5,506 bases of DNA, taken from a virus. Within the stretch, counting starts at the first letter, position 1. Each line of letters opens with the position of its first letter. Location: the IMG/VR virus record IMGVR_UViG_3300029359_000078; one strand, given 5' to 3'. Under the pieces are notes generated by a model. It worked only from the letters and a program-made list of their open reading frames with translations. It was not told the origin of the DNA and ran no database searches. Shown here piece by piece: positions 1-4,978 of this stretch. The position numbers and the translations under genes were made by a program.

Positions 1-123
1 AACACCGGCATTATATCTAGAACGTATCTCCATCAGCATCATTCCTTTCGACATTAGCATACTGTAAAGCGTGACTAATAAAATTAGGCATGTCATACGG
101 CTTAAGAAGACCTTTTTCGTCAT
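1..123. repeat. Terminal redundancy, left copy. It is identical to 5384-5506, so the circular 5,383-nt genome was linearised with an overlap.
   Basis: Base-by-base comparison of 1-123 with 5384-5506 shows 123/123 identity, and the repeat runs to the very last base of the window. ORFs run continuously across the junction (VP5-like 3' end and VP3 5' end). Confidence 0.95.
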
Positions 124-295
124 CAAACTCACCTAAACAATACAAGTGGAAGTCGCCGAGATGCTGACTAACAAGACTCCGACTATCATTACACAAATCA
201 CTAAAAGAACGGCCAGCAACCAAGTCATTCTGGGCAAAGTACGGCGTATTGAAGCACTGTGCTTTATCATCCAAGATTGAATAAACTTTAAGCAT
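17..295 (-). CDS. Small conserved gokushovirus non-structural protein, VP5/ORF5-like (92 aa)
   Basis: ATG at 293-295 is preceded by AGGAG with a 10-nt spacer (minus strand aaAGGAGctgttacgaaATG); TAG stop at 17-19. MLKVYSILDDKAQCFNTPYFAQNDLVAGRSFSDL...GEFDDEKG resembles, from memory, the short VP5-type proteins encoded next to VP4/VP3 in gokushoviruses. The 3' end overlaps the VP3 start by 17 nt in another frame. The last 104 nt are duplicated at 5400-5506 by the terminal overlap. Confidence 0.7.
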   Translation of the reverse strand: MLKVYSILDDKAQCFNTPYFAQNDLVAGRSFSDLCNDSRSLVSQHLGDFHLYCLGEFDDEKGLLKPYDMPNFISHALQYANVERNDADGDTF

Positions 296-438
296 TTCGT
301 AACAGCTCCTTTTAAAACATCAAGAATAAAATCAAAAACAGCAGTAACAATAACGGTCAAAATACGTACAAAAATAGTTGAAATCACTCCTTTCCGAGAG
401 GGAGTGTTGCTTGGATTAAACAGAAGAGGATCGCTCAT
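133..438 (-). CDS. Hypothetical 101-aa ORF with two hydrophobic segments; its 3' two-thirds are overprinted on the VP5-like gene (speculative)
   Basis: ATG at 436-438, TAG at 133-135. The first 47 codons fill the otherwise empty 216-nt VP4/VP5 gap. Hydrophobic stretches are VISTIFVRILTVIVTAVFDFILDVL and WLLAVLLVICVMIVGVLLVSI. Unlike every other gene here, it has no Shine-Dalgarno within 5-12 nt of the ATG (the leader is ttttttttatatttaaaATG). Alternate frames of coding DNA often look hydrophobic by chance. Confidence 0.25.
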   Translation of the reverse strand: MSDPLLFNPSNTPSRKGVISTIFVRILTVIVTAVFDFILDVLKGAVTKCLKFIQSWMIKHSASIRRTLPRMTWLLAVLLVICVMIVGVLLVSISATSTCIV

Positions 439-511
439 TTTAAATATAAAAAAAATGCCCTCTCGTTAGCACAACAGTACCATACGGGGGGGGCAAAAAG
501 TCAAATAATAT

Positions 512-1429
512 CTACTCATACATGTCCATATCATCATGCAAACATCGAACAAGCTTAGTTAACTTACGAGCTTTCAAACGCTCTTGAACCTGGGCAATTT
601 CATACTCTTCCGTTGTCATCGACTCATCGCGACAATACTTGTCTTGACGAGCTTTTTTGACTTTCTCGTACAAATCGGGATTATCTTTTTCAAGCAAAGA
701 ATCATAATACGCGGGCGGCTTACATGTCACGCCGTCGCGAACAACAATAAAGTCGTTAGGGTAAACTTGACTTTTATACTTTTCATACCAATCATGGCCG
801 AGACCGGGCATACGCGACATCAAAACAAAGGGCTGCAAAGACTCATCAACATCATCACCTTTTTGTTTTTTCATAACATATCGCGCGACGTAAGCACATG
901 ACTCAAACGTAACGCTGCCGATCAAACTGAATCCATAGGGCCACAGCTTTTCTAATGTCGGACTGCGATAATACTGGAAACCGTGCTTAACTGTGTGAAT
1001 CATCAAATCTGGAAAACGCAGTCCGAAAATAACTGCATGATAGTGCGGCCTTTTAAACTTATGGCCGTACTCGCCACAAGCAAAGAAACGAAGACCATTG
1101 CCAAACTTCTTACGAAGACGCTTCATGAATTTTTGAAAAACATCCTTATGAATTTTACCATCTTCCGGCAAATATTCGGGACTATAAGTAAGCGTTAAAA
1201 ATGATCCAACACGACCGGCCATCTCAAACTCATGTACACAGCGCATGGCCCATTGTCGGCTATACTCAAGCCGACAGCCGACACACTGACCACACGGAAC
1301 ATAAATTGTTTCCGGAAGCTTACCAAGTGGACGCCAAGCATTACCATAGTTTGCCGTTAACGACCGCTTACCAGTCTCTTTATTAATTTCTTTGGAGTGC
1401 CACATAGGTATTGGGTGGTAACATGGCAT
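512..1429 (-). CDS. Replication initiation protein VP4 (HUH rolling-circle endonuclease, phiX174 gpA-like), 305 aa
   Basis: ATG at 1427-1429 follows GGAGG with a 6-nt spacer; TAG at 512-514. Motifs read directly: FLTLTY (RCR motif 1), RPHYHAVIFG (HUH, codons at 1037-1045), and CAYVARYVMKK with two tyrosines spaced Y-x3-Y (codons at 890-892 and 878-880). The last matches the phiX174 A active-site pattern YVAKYVNKK as I remember it. The N-terminal CGQCVGCRLEYSRQW Cys cluster is typical of microvirus Rep. Confidence 0.93.
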   Translation of the reverse strand: MPCYHPIPMWHSKEINKETGKRSLTANYGNAWRPLGKLPETIYVPCGQCVGCRLEYSRQWAMRCVHEFEMAGRVGSFLTLTYSPEYLPEDGKIHKDVFQKFMKRLRKKFGNGLRFFACGEYGHKFKRPHYHAVIFGLRFPDLMIHTVKHGFQYYRSPTLEKLWPYGFSLIGSVTFESCAYVARYVMKKQKGDDVDESLQPFVLMSRMPGLGHDWYEKYKSQVYPNDFIVVRDGVTCKPPAYYDSLLEKDNPDLYEKVKKARQDKYCRDESMTTEEYEIAQVQERLKARKLTKLVRCLHDDMDMYE

Positions 1430-1441
1430 ATCATACCTCCT

Positions 1442-1528
1442 AAAACATGGCTAACCAGGGCGAAGTGTACGTGAAAAGATACTCACTATACACTCGCCTA
1501 CTATAGTCTAAAAACATGGCTAACCAGG
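1442..1528. repeat. Pair of exact 18-nt direct repeats (aaaacatggctaaccagg) at 1442-1459 and 1511-1528, 69 nt apart, in the non-coding leader upstream of VP4
   Basis: Direct reading. On the coding strand the unit is CCTGGTTAGCCATGTTTT, and the proximal copy ends 1 nt before the VP4 Shine-Dalgarno (GGAGG at 1436-1440). An 8-bp palindrome ACTATAGT (1500-1507) lies between the copies. Confidence 0.9.
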
Positions 1529-1569
1529 ACAACCTATACATGACAAGATTGACACCGACCGATTGTCTA

Positions 1570-1683
1570 CTAAAGCCTAAAACCGCCTCTCATCGGTATC
1601 GGACGATTGTTCTTCGGGTTAACTGTCATGCCGCGACGAAAATTTTTACGGCTCTTTTTCTTGCTCATTTTTTGTCGTTTCAT
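1570..1683 (-). CDS. Small highly basic protein, 37 aa (putative DNA-binding/packaging protein, functional analogue of phiX174 J / chlamydiaphage ORF8-VP8)
   Basis: Not in the supplied track because it is too short. Hand translation of the - strand gives ATG(1681-1683) MKRQKMSKKKSRKNFRRGMTVNPKNNRPIPMRGGFRL TAG(1570-1572). 14 of 37 residues are K/R and none are acidic. A purine-rich SD, GAGAGAGAGAGGAA, ends 7 nt before the ATG. The C-terminal P-MRGGFRL motif matches my memory of small basic ORFs in gut and environmental gokushoviruses. Confidence 0.75.
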   Translation of the reverse strand: MKRQKMSKKKSRKNFRRGMTVNPKNNRPIPMRGGFRL

Positions 1684-1702
1684 AATATCATTCCTCTCTC
1701 TC

Positions 1703-1813
1703 TCAAAATAAAGCGTCAATCGTACTGACTATAAGAATCAGCACGAAAAGCACAATAGATAAAGCGAGCAGCAGCGAACAGCAAAACAAAATAAAATTAA
1801 TGAACTTAATCAT
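1703..1813 (-). CDS. 36-aa hydrophobic single-pass membrane peptide (hypothetical; candidate lysis or membrane-targeting factor)
   Basis: Not in the supplied track. Hand translation gives ATG(1811-1813) MIKFINFILFCCSLLLALSIVLFVLILIVSTIDALF TGA(1703-1705). AAGGAA lies 9 nt upstream of the ATG, the same spacing as other genes here. The ATG overlaps the upstream ORF stop (ATGATTAA, 8-nt overlap), and its TGA sits at the 5' edge of the next gene's SD (1692-1705), which suggests translational coupling. Confidence 0.5.
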   Translation of the reverse strand: MIKFINFILFCCSLLLALSIVLFVLILIVSTIDALF

Positions 1814-1985
1814 GCTCATCAATTCCTTTCACTATCTTCCAAAAAGACTGTTCAGCGAAAGCCTTCTCGGAAAATGCAAGAGGGCCAAGATTATCATAAA
1901 CACGAATAAGTGCAAGAGCATTCTTCAAACGCTGGTATTCACTCTCTGTACAATAAACGCTTCTCGACTTTTTTAACTCTTTCAT
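1806..1985 (-). CDS. Hypothetical protein, 59 aa; first gene downstream of the internal promoter
   Basis: This is the track ORF 1806..1994, which starts at a TTG directly abutting the SD. The ATG at 1983-1985 is 9 nt after GGGAGAG (1995-2001) and is the more plausible start. Product: MKELKKSRSVYCTESEYQRLKNALALIRVYDNLGPLAFSEKAFAEQSFWKIVKGIDEHD; TAA at 1806-1808. I recognise no motif. Confidence 0.55.
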   Translation of the reverse strand: MKELKKSRSVYCTESEYQRLKNALALIRVYDNLGPLAFSEKAFAEQSFWKIVKGIDEHD

Positions 1986-2013
1986 ATCTATCAACTCTCC
2001 CTTCTATGTTTAA

Positions 2014-2042
2014 ATTATAACATAGTTTAAATAGAAAGTCAA
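2014..2042 (-). promoter_or_regulatory. Near-consensus sigma70-type promoter: -35 TTGACT (2037-2042), 17-nt spacer, -10 TATAAT (2014-2019)
   Basis: The minus strand reads aaatctaTTGACTttctatttaaactatgtTATAATttaaacatagaaGGGAGAGttgatagatATG. That is 5/6 and 6/6 matches with optimal 17-nt spacing, in the 67-nt VP2/ORF59 spacer, followed by an SD and an ATG. Confidence 0.7.
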
Positions 2043-2061
2043 TAGATTTCTAACAGAAAAC

Positions 2062-3105
2062 TCACTTGAAAATTTGTGTGACAAGGCCCAGCGGGCTAGC
2101 ATCAACAAGGCCTTTCGCGTTGCCGAGAATACGAGCTAAATATTCATAGGAGCCTTGCGGGGTAACGCCAGAATAGCGATTCTGAGTTTGATACTGTTTT
2201 AAATCTATTTGGGTACGCACACGATTTACAAACTTTAGCGCATTATCCTCAGTCTGACCTTTAGCTTGCAAGTACTCAACCAGCGAGCGAGCACTAAGCT
2301 CGCCTTGTACATACTTCTCAGTCATCATTTTAACTTGATTCAAGCTTGTTTCAGAATCAATTCGTAAAACTTCATGCACATTCTTCTCAATATCACTATC
2401 AATTTTTGCAATTTCATGCGGCAATAAAGCATTAATCCGATGCGTCTGAGCGCCGAGATTAGCGGTTGTCGCATTTGCGACATCGGTCTGAGGACCGCTA
2501 ATGTACCGAGTTTCAGCATTGTATTTGTCAATTTCAGACTGTGCTTTAGCAGTGCCGACACCTTTCGTAAAATCAGCGCTGGCTTGTAAATTATTCGCAT
2601 TAGCAAGTAGCTGCAGTAATTGAGACTCTAACATAGCCTTCTTGTAATCTGCTTCTGTTGACGCAGCACGACCTTCCTGCGTCTTTTTATATGTATCTGC
2701 ACTAAGATTCAAATTTTGCTGCTCTAAATTTTTTTCTTGCTGCTGCTGAATCTTGCGATTTGTCTTAGCAGAATACATACCAGTCATAGTATTGATACCA
2801 TTAGAAACATCCGAACCATAACCAGTATACGCATTGGAAGAATAAGAAGCAGTCGCGCCGGCAGGTGTAGACGCGCCTTGACCGCCCATGCCGGAAAGCA
2901 TGGGATTTAAGCCAGCTTTACGTAAATCTTCAATCTCACGCTGGTGGGCGGTAGAAGACATTTTTTCTTGCCAATCGCGAGTTTTTTGTGCTTCCTGCGA
3001 TTGCCACTGCATTTGCTCACGTGAAAGTGAAGCCTGGGCATTAGCCGACTTATGGCCCGACCATATACCAAGAGCAGCACCAGCAACCGACGACAACCAA
3101 CTCAT
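2062..3105 (-). CDS. Minor capsid / DNA pilot protein VP2, 347 aa
   Basis: ATG at 3103-3105 follows AGAGGTGAT; TGA at 2062-2064. The gene starts 13 nt after the VP1 stop. It has a hydrophobic N-terminus (MSWLSSVAGAALGIWSG), the REIEDLRKAGLNPML motif that I recall as the conserved core of gokushovirus VP2, and a Q/N/A-rich coiled middle region. Confidence 0.85.
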   Translation of the reverse strand: MSWLSSVAGAALGIWSGHKSANAQASLSREQMQWQSQEAQKTRDWQEKMSSTAHQREIEDLRKAGLNPMLSGMGGQGASTPAGATASYSSNAYTGYGSDVSNGINTMTGMYSAKTNRKIQQQQEKNLEQQNLNLSADTYKKTQEGRAASTEADYKKAMLESQLLQLLANANNLQASADFTKGVGTAKAQSEIDKYNAETRYISGPQTDVANATTANLGAQTHRINALLPHEIAKIDSDIEKNVHEVLRIDSETSLNQVKMMTEKYVQGELSARSLVEYLQAKGQTEDNALKFVNRVRTQIDLKQYQTQNRYSGVTPQGSYEYLARILGNAKGLVDASPLGLVTQIFK

Positions 3106-3118
3106 ATATCATCACCTC

Positions 3119-4817
3119 TTAGAAATGGTCAAGGAGACCAGGAACACCGTAGACAGGCATCGGACGAGCACATTTTAGATCTAAATACGCATCAAGATAA
3201 AATTGCGGTTCAGTCTGCACCGCACTAATGCGCTTAATAGCTTGATAGGAAGCCTGATCTTGAATAAACTCACCGTTAAGAGCAGGGAGCGCATCAAATT
3301 TCTGGGCAAAGTGCCAAACATCCGTACTCTGCGCATACGTCGAGCGCATCTTCCCAGTAATGATAGACGGATGGTAACGACATTCGGCGTAACGTTCTTG
3401 ATAGCCGAAGACCTGGTTGTCAGCCTCAGTACCTTGTGCGTAAATTTCTTTATTAAGAATCGCTTGCTCACCTAAATGAGCAAAAGTAGGCCAATAAAAT
3501 TCTTCTCTCGTTTGGCGAAGCCATGTCTTATTGATACCCTGCTGGTAACTCAAATCAGTACGGATATTACACAAACCGATTACAATACCGTGCTCCGTAA
3601 ACGATTTATTAAAGCCATGAATACGCGTACTCATCAAAGCATAGGCAGATAAGTTACCTTGCGGAGAAATAGTGTCCGTAGAAGACGTCTGCTGAACAGG
3701 ATTGAACATAATCGGGGTTGAATCACCGCCGAGGTATTCGCTGCGCTGCAAACGAGCATCCGGCGAAATAATACCAAAATGCGAACGAATAATTTCAGTA
3801 TATCTCGTACCACCACGAGCGTCTTTTTCATAGAATCGTTGAAGCGCAAAAGCAGAACGTAAGCTATTAATTGTAATAGATGCCAAGTCAGAAACAACAG
3901 CTCTACCACCTTGAGACAAATCCGCAACAAGACCAGACTCGCCAACAGGGCCAATACCAGTCAAAGCGTTAGATGTAGGAAGAGAACCATCGCTATATTG
4001 ATAATAAGGCGTGTCATGATTATCGCCGCGAAGGCCGAAACTACCTAAACGACGATCGCCGAAATGGAAAATACTAGCAGTAGGGTCAGAAGCACCAACA
4101 GGGACATTACCAATCAAACTAGCATCACCGGCCAAAGATATTTCCACACCGGGGCCTTTTTGTGGCCAAGGAAGCGCGCTTGTAAAATAATCATGACGCT
4201 TACCGCGATAAAAACATTGAGCAGTCGCAGCATCTTGCGTAGCATCGCCACCATAAGCATCGTCTTCTGATGAAGTCGAAGAAAGGGGAGCACCAGTCTG
4301 AATAGACACAGCGTTTTGAAGATTTTCGTCGCGAAACCAATCGTTGTAGATCTTCCAATAGGCTCTAAACGGAAACGCACTTACGGATAACTTATTTTTT
4401 ACATCAGTCGGAAAACCGAAATAATCCCATAACGTTTGAACCTGTGCATCAGTAGCCGTCATCTGAGGTACTTCATATTCTGTGCTCTGATAGCCAGCAA
4501 GCGGGTTTTCACCGTTCAAGCGGGTTTTCACCGTTGAACTCTTTCCAATGCTTCCATAACAAGCGATATGGAACGAAAAAAAAGAAAGTATCCATATAAG
4601 CATTATCCATCGCCGGAACAATAGGCGTAGCCATACGACCAAAAAGCGTTGCTTTACAATTAAAAGTATCGCCAGGGTAAACTTCGTCTATATAAAACGG
4701 AACAAGTCGACCTGCATCCAACGTAGTCTTAACCGTATGAGAACGCTTGAAAGAAGAACGCGGAATTTGGTTTTGCGGGCTTATAGCAAAGTTATGCTGA
4801 GTAGCTCTTTTTGACAT
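3119..4817 (-). pseudogene. Major capsid protein VP1 (phiX174 F-like jelly-roll capsid), interrupted by a +19-nt frameshifting tandem duplication
   Basis: ATG at 4815-4817 follows AGGAG with a 10-nt spacer. The N-terminal fragment (track ORF 4509..4817) reads MSKRATQHNFAISPQNQIPRSSFKRSHTVKTTLDAGRLVPFYIDEVYPGDTF...MDNAYMDTFFFFVPYRLLW, a typical gokushovirus VP1 N-terminus. The remaining 459 aa lie in a different frame (track ORF 3119..4642, from NGENPLAGYQ onward) and end at TAA 3119-3121. The span is 1699 nt (not divisible by 3); minus 19 nt it is 1680 nt, or 559 aa. Confidence 0.9.
4498..4535. repeat. Perfect 19-bp tandem duplication (caagcgggttttcaccgtt x2) inside VP1
   Basis: 4498-4516 and 4517-4535 are identical and directly adjacent. 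The flanking bases differ (g4497 vs t4516; c4517 vs g4536), so the unit is exactly 19 nt. Confidence 0.97.
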
Positions 4818-4849
4818 TTTTATACATCTCCTAACATCTACATTTAGTA

Positions 4850-4906
4850 CACCAATCTTACATTGGTGTCAGTCGTACCAGTTACATCAAGTAGAACTGG
4901 TACGAC
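4850..4906. other. Two adjacent perfect hairpins in the VP3-VP1 intergenic spacer
   Basis: Hairpin 1: caccaat (4850-4856) / attggtg (4862-4868), 7-bp stem, 5-nt loop. Hairpin 2: gtcgtaccagtt (4872-4883) / aactggtacgac (4895-4906), 12-bp stem, 11-nt loop. No U/T tract follows on the coding strand. Confidence 0.85.
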
Positions 4907-4978
4907 CTGAAAACGAAAGTGACAACCATGCGGTTTTTCAGCTTTTCTGAGAAAAAGTGACATTTACTGAGAAAATGC

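Noticed and set aside
133-135. Possible TAG readthrough or recoding joining the 101-aa ORF to VP3 (same frame, single stop between them)
   Set aside because: VP4, VP3, the VP5-like gene and the basic mini-gene all terminate sensibly at TAG. A reassigned TAG is therefore not supported, and the shared frame is most simply coincidence.
584-1386. Three + strand ORFs (584..901, 983..1198, 1201..1386) antisense to VP4
   Set aside because: They lie entirely opposite a well-supported Rep gene and have low-complexity or odd composition. I saw no SD-like motif. They would also be on the non-coding strand of a phage family whose genes are all co-directional, so they are typical shadow ORFs.
1516-1728. 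70-aa + strand ORF (MANQDNLYMTRL...)
   Set aside because: It is antisense to the SD-preceded 37-aa basic ORF and to the end of the TM-peptide ORF. Its ATG is simply part of the 18-nt direct repeat. The other repeat copy starts an 18-codon dead-end ORF, which shows the ATG is incidental.
2340-2606. 88-aa alternate-frame - strand ORF inside VP2
   Set aside because: It is embedded out of frame in a recognisable VP2. The Leu/Arg/Lys-rich composition is typical of off-frame reads, and nothing supports it from motifs or from gene-boundary logic.
2888-4270. + strand ORFs 2888..3178, 3203..3475 and 4064..4270
   Set aside because: They are antisense to VP2 and VP1 and are shadow ORFs of strongly supported genes on the single coding strand.
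3181-4380. Alternate-frame - strand ORFs inside VP1 (3181..3471, 3634..3954, 4114..4380)
   Set aside because: All are nested out of frame in the capsid gene and are Arg/Leu-rich with no recognisable motifs. At least one starts at a non-ATG codon (GTG at 4378-4380). There is no evidence beyond being open.
4509-4583. Programmed ribosomal frameshift as the normal way to make VP1 (including the T8 run encoding FFFF at 4576-4583)
   Set aside because: The frame break is fully explained by an exact 19-nt duplication of pre-existing coding sequence. The T-run encodes the conserved DTFFFFVP capsid motif in the normal frame. I see no slippery heptamer plus downstream structure at the required position. 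The idea is kept only as the least likely option in the finding.
4499-4642. N-terminal 48 aa of the 507-aa track ORF (MVVWLRLLFRRWIMLIWILSFFSFH...)
   Set aside because: This segment is the off-frame read of the true VP1 N-terminal coding region upstream of the duplication. It is not an alternative capsid start, and recognisable VP1 sequence begins only at NGENPLAGYQ.
4844-4963. 39-codon - strand ORF (MSLFLRKAEKPHGCHFRFQVVPVLLDVTGTTDTNVRLVY) in the VP3-VP1 spacer
   Set aside because: No SD precedes its ATG. The ORF is built largely from the two arms of the perfect hairpins, so the structure explains the sequence better than coding does.
4818-4978. Sigma70-like promoter candidates upstream of VP1 (for example cTGACA-17-TACTAA, TTGATG-17-ACCAAT)
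   Set aside because: The -10 hexamers match TATAAT at only about 3/6 and mostly lack the invariant final T. They are far weaker than the 2014-2042 promoter, so I did not call them.
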